DNA of 64,000 nt. Origin: Escherichia phage vB_EcoM_112. This document shows, piece by piece, positions 20,535 through 29,087 of the stretch (the stretch's first letter is position 1; the number at the start of each line of letters is the position of its first letter). The notes beneath the pieces were generated by a model. It made no database searches and had not been told where the DNA came from. It was given only the letters and a program-made list of their open reading frames with translations. A program made the position numbers and the translations under genes. Location: sequence record NC_024125.2; one strand, written 5' to 3'.

Positions 20535-20908
20535 TTTCTGTTCCTCCGTAGTTGATAGGGTAATAGTACCACGGAAGAACAGTCTTGTAAACAACTAAAA
20601 GAAACTTCTTTCACAATTTTTCCACTGAACCACGCGCTCACTGCTTTCTTAGTCTCAGGAGCGGTGTTATCCATAAACCATTCAAAGGCAGCCTTTTTAT
20701 GATTCTGGAGGGCTTCTCGGGCTTTAATCTGCTCACGGTCTATTAACACTAACATATGAGCCTTTCTTGTCACCAGGGGCTTCTTATGATTTTTTGAATA
20801 CTCCCAATCATTTGTCCATCGCATCGTTGTTGCGAATTGAAGTACAGCTTCCTTAATCTTAGTTTCGTAAATTTCACGAGCCTTTGAGTATAACATCATT
20901 ACCTCCAT
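20531..20908 (-). CDS. hypothetical protein
   Basis: 125-aa ORF whose 3' end runs through the early-promoter cassette. Confidence 0.4.
   Translation of the reverse strand: MEVMMLYSKAREIYETKIKEAVLQFATTMRWTNDWEYSKNHKKPLVTRKAHMLVLIDREQIKAREALQNHKKAAFEWFMDNTAPETKKAVSAWFSGKIVKEVSFSCLQDCSSVVLLPYQLRRNRK
20563..20592 (-). promoter_or_regulatory. T4-type early promoter
   Basis: GTTTAC, 18 nt, TACTAT on the minus strand; part of a repeated cassette. Confidence 0.55.
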
Positions 20909-20997
20909 TTACTAGTTTAATTCTAGTCATCTTTTTGATGGCAGTCCATATAATCTATTTCTGAACTGCCTTTTTGTCATAGAAGGCCTCTTATGAA

Positions 20998-21966
20998 TTA
21001 TTTCAGAAGAGTAACCTCAGCAATTTCTCCCCAACCATTTTTGTCGGTCATAATAAAGTCAGCAAGATAAAGAGCAGTACGCAGTGAAACATTGCGTAAA
21101 CGATTAACATTGACTTTCATCCATGATAATGCTTTATAAGTTTCTTCATCAGAAAGACCACGCTTTTGCATCATGTCGGTTGAAAGAATAACATCTTCAA
21201 CCCTGACCATAATTTCTTCATTAGTGTGAACACCCAAATCTAAATAAACTGAGCGGGAAACTAATGCTTGTAAATGTGGAGCAAGTTTAGTACCACGGTC
21301 TAATTCGCGGTCAATGTCAACGTTTGTGATAAAAACAATCGTTCCTTTAAATTCAAACTCACGCTCAATGCCTTTTTCTTCTAAGTAAGAAGATGCGGTA
21401 CTCCAGCAGACTTTACGGGTCTCTCCAGTGTCCAGAGCAGCTTTCAGAAGATTAAGAATGTCCATATCAGAGAAAACATCCACATCATCAATCAAAAGGA
21501 CAGAATTCTCTTCACGATTATTCCAAAGCTGCTCATAAAGACCAATACCAGAGATTTTACCGTTAATGCTTTTATATTCAATGTATCCATTATCATTTGC
21601 TTTATTTAAAGCTTTATCTAAAGAATACGTTTTACCAATACCTGCTGCACCAGAGATAATTAATGAACGAATGTTTCCGTTAATAATACCATTCGTCATC
21701 ATTCCCATAACATTAAATCTTTTATTAATGCGGGTTTTCATATCTTCATATGATTCTTTAACTTCTTCAACTTTTACACCATCATATGAAATGTCTGATT
21801 TGTAAACCCAAACACCGCGACGTTTACCGTCAATTTCAACAAAAACTTTACCATCTCCTTGTGCATCTACCGGAGCATTATCTGGGAACCATTCGCCTAA
21901 GAGCTCAAAAGTTCCAGAGATTTCTTTACCGAAGTAGATACCCTTATTGATAGTTACAGTTTTCAT
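20998..21966 (-). CDS. AAA+/P-loop ATPase
   Basis: Walker A GAAGIGKT, Walker B LLIDDVD, sensor-like FITN; start set at MKTVTINKG. Confidence 0.6.
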   Translation of the reverse strand: MKTVTINKGIYFGKEISGTFELLGEWFPDNAPVDAQGDGKVFVEIDGKRRGVWVYKSDISYDGVKVEEVKESYEDMKTRINKRFNVMGMMTNGIINGNIRSLIISGAAGIGKTYSLDKALNKANDNGYIEYKSINGKISGIGLYEQLWNNREENSVLLIDDVDVFSDMDILNLLKAALDTGETRKVCWSTASSYLEEKGIEREFEFKGTIVFITNVDIDRELDRGTKLAPHLQALVSRSVYLDLGVHTNEEIMVRVEDVILSTDMMQKRGLSDEETYKALSWMKVNVNRLRNVSLRTALYLADFIMTDKNGWGEIAEVTLLK

Positions 21967-22003
21967 TTTATTCTCCAAATCTGTATCAGTAGTTGATAGT
22001 TGT

Positions 22004-22033
22004 ATAGTACCATAAAGCTTTATGCTTGTAAAC
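22004..22033 (-). promoter_or_regulatory. T4-type early promoter
   Basis: GTTTAC, 18 nt, TACTAT; 33 nt identical to the cassette at 36993..37025. Confidence 0.6.
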
Positions 22034-22061
22034 AACTTTGTGAAAAATTTTTGAAATAAAA

Positions 22062-22083
22062 AAGGGAGCCCGAAGGCTCCCTA
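22062..22083 (-). terminator. intrinsic terminator
   Basis: GGGAGCC-UUCG-GGCUCCC hairpin followed by UUUUUAUUU on the minus transcript. Confidence 0.55.
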
Positions 22084-23097
22084 TCATTTATAATAACTTC
22101 GGTGGTTTTCAAGATAGACCTTCTCAAGGAAGTCATCCCAGAAACTCATGTCTACTTTTTGCTGCATACCGTTCTTAGAAGCTTCAGTAGATGCTGCTTC
22201 TACTTGATCGACCGCATCTTCCAAAAACTCTTGAACGGTTTTAAATGGATGTTTACCCAACTTCACGTCGAGAATAAATGGAGCATCTTGGAGTGGATAA
22301 ATCAAGTCGCCAGTTTTGTAAATTTCCAATAGTTGAAGTCCACCACGGCAAGCATGGCTCAGAGCTTTCCAGTCAATACCTTCGTTGGCTTCAGCCTTAC
22401 GAGCGCGTTCACCGTATTCAGCATCTAATTTGTTCAGTGACTGCTTAAGCTCAATAAGAGAAAGAGTTGTCTGATATTTACGACCCAACACTGTGTAAAA
22501 CGTCTGTGGGCCTGTTTTCTCATGATTATGGAACACCCATTCACAGAATTCGTTTTCTGGAAGACGATGCTTAATATCTTCAACTTTAGTACGACGCTGC
22601 TTAATAGAACCATCTTCTTGGTAATCAACCCATTGCTCAGGGATTTGATTAACTACTTTCAATACATCACGTAATGCAGCCAAACGAGAACCCTTGACAC
22701 CGTATTTAGAAGCTTGCTTGCGGACATATCCTAAATATGATTTCATGTTAGTCGTATAAAAACGAGAACGGTTGTCTTGGATAAACTTCCACACATCAGG
22801 CAAATCAGATTTAACCACTAGTTCAGGTGGAGTGTGAAGCATATCTAATGCTACGGTTTCACCATCTGCTGCTAATTTAAAGAAATACTTAAGACTGTAT
22901 AGTTCATGGTCAATATCATCTTTAGTGTTTTTAGATGATGTGTTGTTGGTATTTTTACTCATATGCTCTTTGACGTTTCCGATAAGAATATCGCGAGCAG
23001 GAGGAACAAAGATTTCTTTAAAATCTAAGTCAGATTCTGGGGTAGAAGTTCCATACAGATGACTACCAAAATAGCTTTTCATTACTGTTTTCATCAT
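22084..23097 (-). CDS. Pol-beta superfamily nucleotidyltransferase-like protein
   Basis: N-terminal GSHLYGTSTPESDLDF (GS...D.D) motif and downstream acidic residues; 337 aa. Confidence 0.55.
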   Translation of the reverse strand: MMKTVMKSYFGSHLYGTSTPESDLDFKEIFVPPARDILIGNVKEHMSKNTNNTSSKNTKDDIDHELYSLKYFFKLAADGETVALDMLHTPPELVVKSDLPDVWKFIQDNRSRFYTTNMKSYLGYVRKQASKYGVKGSRLAALRDVLKVVNQIPEQWVDYQEDGSIKQRRTKVEDIKHRLPENEFCEWVFHNHEKTGPQTFYTVLGRKYQTTLSLIELKQSLNKLDAEYGERARKAEANEGIDWKALSHACRGGLQLLEIYKTGDLIYPLQDAPFILDVKLGKHPFKTVQEFLEDAVDQVEAASTEASKNGMQQKVDMSFWDDFLEKVYLENHRSYYK

Positions 23098-23555
23098 TCA
23101 GCCTTATATTCAATAACAGGACATACTTTAGCTTTACGCGCTTTTAAAAATTCGACGATAATCGATTTCTTTGGTTGAATAGGAGGTAAACCTTTATACG
23201 CCCTATCAATATTTTCTAGGTGTAAAGCATAATCCTTTTTCCATTTATAATCTTTATATTTTTCACGCAAATGTGCAGGAATAACAAATGAACCGATAAT
23301 AAGTAAAACAACCAAAAGCGCAAGTATAAATGCCGATGGAAGAAGAGTCCATAAACTACCGAAAATAAGCCAACGTTGTAGGCTTTCTGCACAAATAATT
23401 GTTAACCCTACGAGTATAGCACACCCAAAAATAGAAACGAAAAATGTAGGAATGACAATAGACCAAAAATATGCGCATAGTGTCTTAGGTCGTTGCCATT
23501 CATCGTTAAACAATTTGAATAATTTATAGTGCCAAGAGTTTTCATTAATAATCAT
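23094..23555 (-). CDS. membrane protein
   Basis: 153 aa with three or more hydrophobic helices. Confidence 0.5.
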   Translation of the reverse strand: MIINENSWHYKLFKLFNDEWQRPKTLCAYFWSIVIPTFFVSIFGCAILVGLTIICAESLQRWLIFGSLWTLLPSAFILALLVVLLIIGSFVIPAHLREKYKDYKWKKDYALHLENIDRAYKGLPPIQPKKSIIVEFLKARKAKVCPVIEYKAE

Positions 23556-23557
23556 AA

Positions 23558-24079
23558 TTATCCTTTCATTGAAGGCGTAACGGTTGTTAAATACTTAATC
23601 ATAGCTTCAGCTTCTGATTTTGATAATGAAATTTCTCCATTGTTTTGACGAATAGAAATAAAATCCGGATGACGGTCACCACCAGCTTTTAAAACACACA
23701 TATAAGTATCAACTTCGCCTTCAATATTTGAAATGATTGAAGCAGTTCCACATGAATGCGGTTTTTGATAAATCAATACAGCTTTTCTTCCACCGTTTGA
23801 CTGCTCATAGGCTTTTAATACATCAAGCAAATCAGTTCTTTTATCAATAGCTAAAATGTTGTTTTCATCTTCAATGTTAAATCCTTCGGATACTTCATAA
23901 AGCGTTACCCATAAATCACCAATGTCAATAACAGCATTTACTTTTCCACGGCTTTTAAGAGTATGACAAATTTTCTTGATTTCGTCATAACTCATTTTAA
24001 TAATATCATCTCCTTGACTAAGGAAGATGTCATTTTTAAATTCAACACGAATTAAACCACTTCCACTTGAAATAAACAT
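23558..24079 (-). CDS. hypothetical protein (tandem paralogue A)
   Basis: 173 aa; shares the GDL.V..Y...G.NIE.E block and C-terminal pattern with the next gene. Confidence 0.5.
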   Translation of the reverse strand: MFISSGSGLIRVEFKNDIFLSQGDDIIKMSYDEIKKICHTLKSRGKVNAVIDIGDLWVTLYEVSEGFNIEDENNILAIDKRTDLLDVLKAYEQSNGGRKAVLIYQKPHSCGTASIISNIEGEVDTYMCVLKAGGDRHPDFISIRQNNGEISLSKSEAEAMIKYLTTVTPSMKG

Positions 24080-24085
24080 ATTTCC

Positions 24086-24640
24086 TCACTTTGAAATCAT
24101 AGTTGGAATAACAGAATCAAGATAAGTCTTTAGTGCAATAGCTTCGTCTTTGGTAAATGTGACAATATGTGCTCGAGAATCATCAATTTGGCGAACAAGT
24201 ACGACATCGCCATCTTCATAAGAAGTCTTGACATCCAAAGTCGTAGTATAATTTGCAGCTACTGGATTAATAATGCTAGCACCGCGATCTTTAGCCCATT
24301 GAAGTTTAGCCTTTTCGGGTGTTTCGACTGTTTCAGATTCCAAGAATTCTTTCACCTTGGCAACGAATGTTGCCCAATTGTTGATAGAAAGACACATAAA
24401 TTCAGTTTCAATATTACCGCCGTAAAGGCCACGATAAAAACGAACTTGGAGGTCGCCTGTAATATTAGTTACACCGGTAACTCCTGAGGGAGCATAAGAT
24501 AAAATCGCAGCCAGTTCCATAGGAAGAATAGTAATACTATCGTCTTCCTGCGTCAGAACGTATACATTATCACGTTTTTCGATAACCAGGTCACCGAACA
24601 AATCAGTTGTTTCAATTACAGCTTTCATATTATTTACCAA
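24086..24640 (-). CDS. hypothetical protein (tandem paralogue B)
   Basis: 184 aa; paralogous to 23558..24079. Confidence 0.5.
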   Translation of the reverse strand: MVNNMKAVIETTDLFGDLVIEKRDNVYVLTQEDDSITILPMELAAILSYAPSGVTGVTNITGDLQVRFYRGLYGGNIETEFMCLSINNWATFVAKVKEFLESETVETPEKAKLQWAKDRGASIINPVAANYTTTLDVKTSYEDGDVVLVRQIDDSRAHIVTFTKDEAIALKTYLDSVIPTMISK

Positions 24641-24815
24641 TTAAAGTTTCAATATAAGAATCAAGATTTACTTTAGCTTCTTCCATAAGAGTTTTGTATT
24701 TAATCTTGTTAGCATGTCCGGAGAAAGCTGATTCATCAATAATTGTTGATGTATGAACAGCTTTACTATACGTCTCAATTAATTCTCTTAATTTAAAAGC
24801 CTGCTCACTTGTCAT
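24630..24815 (-). CDS. small helical protein (EQ..KL family)
   Basis: 61 aa, MTSEQAFKLRELIETY... Confidence 0.4.
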   Translation of the reverse strand: MTSEQAFKLRELIETYSKAVHTSTIIDESAFSGHANKIKYKTLMEEAKVNLDSYIETLIGK

Positions 24816-24979
24816 TACATACTCCTTTGAATAATATCAATAATGTTGTTCACCAGATTATAAGTAAACATTGGATAATTATATTGAATCATCACATACA
24901 CAACAAACAAAACTTTCATTCTCTTCTCCTTGACAGTTGGCAAGATTACTATACCATAACCTTGCCAACTTGTAAACCA

Positions 24980-25153
24980 TTAAATGACGTTTTCGATAAA
25001 ATTCTGAAGCTTTGTGTGAGCATCAACCATGATTTTCATTTCTTCCTTTGCGAAAGCTGTACCTCTTTCCCGAGAAGAACACTCATAGTCAGAAACTGCA
25101 TTAGCATATTCTTCAATTAGCTTCATTAAAAACATCTGCTTTTCAGTTTTCAT
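24980..25153 (-). CDS. small helical protein (57 aa, below the track cutoff)
   Basis: Hand-translated MKTEKQMFLMKLIEEYANAV...; RBS present. Confidence 0.3.
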   Translation of the reverse strand: MKTEKQMFLMKLIEEYANAVSDYECSSRERGTAFAKEEMKIMVDAHTKLQNFIENVI

Positions 25154-25337
25154 TATTCCACCTAATCATTTCAAGATATTGAACTAACTTAGCTTTAGAT
25201 TTATCCAAATCCCTTTTAGCTGATTCTATACCTTCGTATGAATATCCTTCACAATGCTCAACTGCCAATTGATATGAATCTATTTCAATATCACGTGCTA
25301 ATTTAATGATTTTTTCAAACTGTTCGCGTGTTAGCAT
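25143..25337 (-). CDS. small helical protein (EQ..KL family)
   Basis: 64 aa, MLTREQFEKIIKLARDIE... Confidence 0.4.
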   Translation of the reverse strand: MLTREQFEKIIKLARDIEIDSYQLAVEHCEGYSYEGIESAKRDLDKSKAKLVQYLEMIRWNNEN

Positions 25338-25339
25338 AA

Positions 25340-25522
25340 TTAAACTCTCGTATTATGATCGATAATTTCATCAAGAAACATATCTAACGCTTCTAAAGCA
25401 TTATCAACTTTAGCTTCAAGTTCATCAATACCTGATAAGGCAAAATTAATGCGCTCCTCATCTGCTTTGCGAATTAAAGCTACCAATTCTTTAAGTTTAT
25501 CTGCTTGTTCTATACTAATCAT
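25340..25522 (-). CDS. small helical protein (EQ..KL family)
   Basis: Start set at [13 protein letters not shown] (60 aa), ATGA-coupled to the upstream gene. Confidence 0.4.
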   Translation of the reverse strand: MISIEQADKLKELVALIRKADEERINFALSGIDELEAKVDNALEALDMFLDEIIDHNTRV

Positions 25523-25710
25523 TATTCCACCACATATGAAAGAGAGAATATTGCACACGCCATATGAGTTGCAACTTCATCACACATATTATAACGTTTC
25601 TTAAGAAGTTCTACAAGTTCTTCACTAGTAACTTCATCCATGTCGACGAAAAAATCACCATTAATGATGACGTAGATATTTCCTTCTTGATTAAGTGCTT
25701 CAATTTTCAT
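25522..25710 (-). CDS. small hypothetical protein
   Basis: Start set at [10 protein letters not shown], downstream of the promoter at 25739..25768 and preceded by GGAG. Confidence 0.4.
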
Positions 25711-25738
25711 GATGTTCTCCTCTTTATCCGATGGTTGT

Positions 25739-25768
25739 ATAGTATCACAGCTCAAATGGAAAGTAAAC
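25739..25768 (-). promoter_or_regulatory. T4-type early promoter
   Basis: GTTTAC, 18 nt, TACTAT. Confidence 0.55.
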
Positions 25769-25781
25769 CGGTAAAATGAAA

Positions 25782-25802
25782 AAAGTCTCCCGAAGGAGAC
25801 TA
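25782..25802 (-). terminator. intrinsic terminator
   Basis: GUCUCC-UUCG-GGAGAC hairpin plus UUUUUUC, immediately after the rI.-1-like gene. Confidence 0.55.
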
Positions 25803-25805
25803 ATG

Positions 25806-26192
25806 TTATTCGAGGGAAAGAAGATATTTACTTTGATAAAACATTCCAGTAATATCATCTATCGTACTTTGAATGGCTGGAGGCATTTCTTTGTAAATGC
25901 TGTTAGATTGGTCTAGTATACGATCAATCATTTTAATTGTGTCGGTAGGAAGTTTACTGGCATCCGGAATTGAAGGAGTGTATTTTCTACCAGAATACCC
26001 CAAATACTGCTCACCAAATTTATCAATCAAATCTGGCAACTCAGAGAAAATAAAATCGTATGCTTTGTGTCTAGCATAACTTTTAGTTTCAAAATGTGCA
26101 GAATGAAAATAAGCTTGTGCAGCCATTAATAAACCTAAGTATTCATCTGCCTTTGAAGGTTTTCCACTTTGTGAAAAGTCGCTGAATTTCAT
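25806..26192 (-). CDS. rI.-1-like conserved protein
   Basis: 128 aa, directly downstream of rI as in T4. Confidence 0.5.
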
Positions 26193-26482
26193 TCAGTCTC
26201 CAATTTAATGTTCATAATTCTAGCGTATGATTGTGCCATCTCCGCGCCTCGTTCTATACATTCAAAATCAGAAGAGCATGGGTCATTTTTATAGGTCGTT
26301 CTCATAAAACTATAGAATTGTTCAGACGATTCTACGCTTTTATTTTCAAAAAGCATATAAACGTGCCTAATACCAGATTCCATAAATTTATCAAAATGAG
26401 GATCGACATTCGCTTCAATCGATGGAGATAAAACAAATGACAATCCTAGCATGGCAAAAAGTGCCGTTGCTTTTAAGGCCAT
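26189..26482 (-). CDS. rI: lysis inhibition regulator rI (periplasmic antiholin-binding)
   Basis: 97 aa, N-terminal signal/SAR segment MALKATALFAMLGLSFVLSP; matches T4 RI. Confidence 0.8.
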   Translation of the reverse strand: MALKATALFAMLGLSFVLSPSIEANVDPHFDKFMESGIRHVYMLFENKSVESSEQFYSFMRTTYKNDPCSSDFECIERGAEMAQSYARIMNIKLETE

Positions 26483-26494
26483 AAAGGCCTCCTA

Positions 26495-26707
26495 TCATTT
26501 TTGTCCTGTATTTACTTTATGCCGATGCACGGCCTTAACTTTATCAAGGTATTTTTCAAAATTTCGCAATCTAGTATAGTCTGCCGGAGATTGATTGAGT
26601 GATACTTCTCGACGCAAAGCTGAAATGATATTTCCAACTTCCCTACGAATTTCATCTAATTGAAGCACAGTAAGATTGCGAAGTTGCTTTTCAGTTAATT
26701 GTAGCAT
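26495..26707 (-). CDS. hypothetical small protein
   Basis: 70 aa, basic. Confidence 0.45.
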
Positions 26708-26731
26708 ATATACCCCTTTAGTTAGATAAAC

Positions 26732-26739
26732 CTATTTAT
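26732..26739 (-). promoter_or_regulatory. late promoter -10 element (TATAAATA)
   Basis: Plus-strand TATTTATA is TATAAATA on the minus strand, upstream of the rI block. Confidence 0.4.
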
Positions 26740-26749
26740 AACTTTTGCA

Positions 26750-27331
26750 CTAACCGAGCTTTTTAGTTAATTCATTCCAATGTTTTCTACACAAAGAAAC
26801 ATAAATTTCATCACCAATACAGATTTGATTACCTTCTTTAACTGGTGTTCCATCTTCCATTAATCGAGCTGTCATAATCGCTTTTTTGCCGCAATGACAA
26901 ACTGCCTTTAGTTCAATAAGTTTATCTGCAATCGCTAAAAGTTCTTTAGAACCTTCAAACAATTTTCCAGCGAAATCAGTCCTTAATCCATAAGCCATAA
27001 CAGGAACATTATATGTATCAACAATTCGGCTCAATTGATGCACCTGTTCAGTTTTTAAAAACTGGGCTTCATCTACAAATACGCAATGAATATCTTTTTG
27101 TGCTTCAGCCCATTTATAGAACTCGAAAATATCCATATCATCTGTAATAATATTTGCTTCCTGCCTAATTCCAATGCGAGAAACGACTTCACAGACAGAA
27201 TCGCGAGTATCAATAGCAGGCTTAAGAACTAATACACTCATTCCACGTTCTTTATAATTATGTGCAGCAGTCAAAAGAGAAGCAGATTTTCCAGCATTCA
27301 TTGCTGCATAAGTAAAAATTAAACTCGCCAT
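26750..27331 (-). CDS. tk: thymidine kinase
   Basis: 193 aa, P-loop AAMNAGKS, C-terminal Zn-binding cysteines; T4 Tk. Confidence 0.9.
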   Translation of the reverse strand: MASLIFTYAAMNAGKSASLLTAAHNYKERGMSVLVLKPAIDTRDSVCEVVSRIGIRQEANIITDDMDIFEFYKWAEAQKDIHCVFVDEAQFLKTEQVHQLSRIVDTYNVPVMAYGLRTDFAGKLFEGSKELLAIADKLIELKAVCHCGKKAIMTARLMEDGTPVKEGNQICIGDEIYVSLCRKHWNELTKKLG

Positions 27332-27332
27332 C

Positions 27333-27521
27333 TTAGTCCTTAGTTAAATTTTCTAAATATGTTTCTAAATCATTTTCAGCTTTATCGATAGATTTTACTA
27401 ATTCGTAATATGTTTCGGCATCTCCATATTCAGAAGATATTTCAAAAGACAAATCCTTTTCTAAACTAATAATTTCACCAACTAAAAATAATATTTCGTT
27501 CTTTTGTTCGCGAGTAATCAT
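27333..27521 (-). CDS. small helical protein (EQ..KL family)
   Basis: 62 aa, MITREQKNEILFLVGEI... Confidence 0.4.
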   Translation of the reverse strand: MITREQKNEILFLVGEIISLEKDLSFEISSEYGDAETYYELVKSIDKAENDLETYLENLTKD

Positions 27522-27703
27522 AAGGAATTTATATAATTAATAAGTTCTTGTTCTTTATTATCGAATTCTTTAGAAAGTTCTTCGTACTCGTTTGCACTAA
27601 AAGGACCGCATTCATTACAAACTTTTTCCAATTCGCTATTTTTATCCATAACTTCGTGGATAAGAGAAAAGAGTTTGTCTTTTTGTTCTTTGCTTAGGCT
27701 CAT
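27518..27703 (-). CDS. small helical protein (EQ..KL family)
   Basis: 61 aa, MSLSKEQKDKLFSLIHEV... Confidence 0.4.
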   Translation of the reverse strand: MSLSKEQKDKLFSLIHEVMDKNSELEKVCNECGPFSANEYEELSKEFDNKEQELINYINSL

Positions 27704-27873
27704 ATATTAATTTCCAGAAGTTTTAAAATAATTCGCTTTTGCTTAAATATTTCCATAGTTAAATGATCAGTATCTTTTTGACCAATTCCAATGGCAAAAC
27801 CTTTATTAGCAGCGAGTTCAATTAAATTATCAAGTTCACGTAACACTTCGTACTGTAACTCAGAACTATTCAT
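27700..27873 (-). CDS. small helical protein (57 aa, below the track cutoff)
   Basis: Hand-translated MNSSELQYEVLRELDNLIEL...; ATGA-coupled on both sides. Confidence 0.3.
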   Translation of the reverse strand: MNSSELQYEVLRELDNLIELAANKGFAIGIGQKDTDHLTMEIFKQKRIILKLLEINI

Positions 27874-28082
27874 TTCGGTTTACCTTCTTTAACGAAATCT
27901 GGATAAGGATAAAATCCCGAATAAAATCCTTCACCTTTATGATTGACGCATCCTTTATTAGAACAATAGCACCAATAATCGAAATCACAAGCCATTTCAT
28001 CGTTGCATAAAGCAAAAACAACCGGCCACTTACACTTTTCACAATGGGCATTTTTAAGAATACTAGTTTGGCTCATAACCAT
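27870..28082 (-). CDS. Cys-rich small protein (putative zinc-binding)
   Basis: 70 aa with CEKC...C...C.C...C motifs. Confidence 0.45.
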   Translation of the reverse strand: MVMSQTSILKNAHCEKCKWPVVFALCNDEMACDFDYWCYCSNKGCVNHKGEGFYSGFYPYPDFVKEGKPK

Positions 28083-28300
28083 GTCACCTTTAAGCAGTAT
28101 TCTTCTACATGCTGTTTACGACCTTTCTTATCAATAAAGGTATATTCAACGAATGTTCCAATGTAGTCTTTATCTACATCATGTGGACTATTAATTGGAC
28201 ATTTAGTACGGCAAATGCGTTCCCATTGACGAATAATTACTGCCTTATTCTTTGGGTCATACGGATGTGGATAATGTATATTCATAATAACGGTTCCCAA
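28073..28300 (-). CDS. hypothetical small protein
   Basis: 75-aa ORF. Confidence 0.4.
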   Translation of the reverse strand: MGTVIMNIHYPHPYDPKNKAVIIRQWERICRTKCPINSPHDVDKDYIGTFVEYTFIDKKGRKQHVEEYCLKVTWL

Positions 28301-28749
28301 TCAACAATCACAATTTCTAATTTAGAGGAATATGTATCTAAAATCCCCTCAATAATATCCCAGTTCCCTTTACCTATGCCTGCACCAATCCTAGGCATAT
28401 AGATTGTAGGTTTAATCAGTTTATTTTCACCAAACTCATTTAATTCTAACATACAATTCATTAAAGCGGAATACTCAAAATTTGGCCCCGGTTGAAATTG
28501 AGTATAAAGATTAAAGCAGTAAGCTTTATGAGTCCTAAAGTATTTTTCATAGACTGAGTAAGAACCGAGTTTAGTTACATCGCCCCATTCTGTCTGTAAT
28601 TTATCAGCTTCCAAAATTTTAGGGAAAGCTTTGGTTAATTGACCCGCTACGCCTGAACCCATAGTATGAAAACAATTGCATCCATGCGCAATATTTTTAC
28701 CTTCAGCGAAAAGGGCGACAATATCGCCCTTGATATATTTTACAATCAT
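28282..28749 (-). CDS. macro-domain-like protein (putative ADP-ribose binding/processing)
   Basis: GDIVALFAEGKNIAHGCNCFHTMGSGVAG and IGAGIGKGNW blocks resemble macro-domain phosphate-binding loops. Confidence 0.5.
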   Translation of the reverse strand: MIVKYIKGDIVALFAEGKNIAHGCNCFHTMGSGVAGQLTKAFPKILEADKLQTEWGDVTKLGSYSVYEKYFRTHKAYCFNLYTQFQPGPNFEYSALMNCMLELNEFGENKLIKPTIYMPRIGAGIGKGNWDIIEGILDTYSSKLEIVIVDWEPLL

Positions 28750-29087
28750 CTAGTACTCAATCCTCGATTATAAGAATCTACCAAACGGTCAACCATTGAA
28801 TGACAAGCGGCTTTATCTTTCTCCTCCGCAACTGAACATTCTAAAGTATTCCACTTTTTAGCATATCGTTTTAACAATGTATCATTTTTGTATCTGCTTG
28901 ATTTATCTCTTTCTCCGTCTTTATATGCATATATTAATTTCTGCGCAAATTCAGCTTGGCATGCTTTATTTTTCCCGCAATAATCCGCTGCAGTACGGTT
29001 TACATACTCTCTAATTTCAGTATATGATGTATCTGCTAACGCAGAAAATGAAATTAATCCTATACATAAAACCAAAATTTTAGTCAT
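28746..29087 (-). CDS. secreted small protein (T4 vs-locus position)
   Basis: 113 aa with cleavable signal peptide MTKILVLCIGLISFSALA and four cysteines. Confidence 0.5.
   Translation of the reverse strand: MTKILVLCIGLISFSALADTSYTEIREYVNRTAADYCGKNKACQAEFAQKLIYAYKDGERDKSSRYKNDTLLKRYAKKWNTLECSVAEEKDKAACHSMVDRLVDSYNRGLSTR

Noticed and set aside
21967-22035. N-terminal extensions MFTSIKLYGTIQLSTTDTDLENK (and the similar MFTRLFFRGTITLSTTEEQK at 20535..20594)
   Set aside because: Both are translations of the repeated promoter cassette from non-ATG starts; the real starts are the RBS-preceded ATGs at 21966 and 20534.
24809-25120. Plus-strand 103-aa ORF
   Set aside because: Antisense to a run of small minus-strand genes with RBSs and ATGA coupling; histidine/isoleucine-rich translation typical of an AT-rich reverse frame.
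28746-29087. Naming the 113-aa secreted protein as Vs (valyl-tRNA synthetase modifier)
   Set aside because: It matches the T4 vs locus in position and size, but a cleavable signal peptide argues against a cytoplasmic synthetase modifier; left as an unnamed secreted protein.
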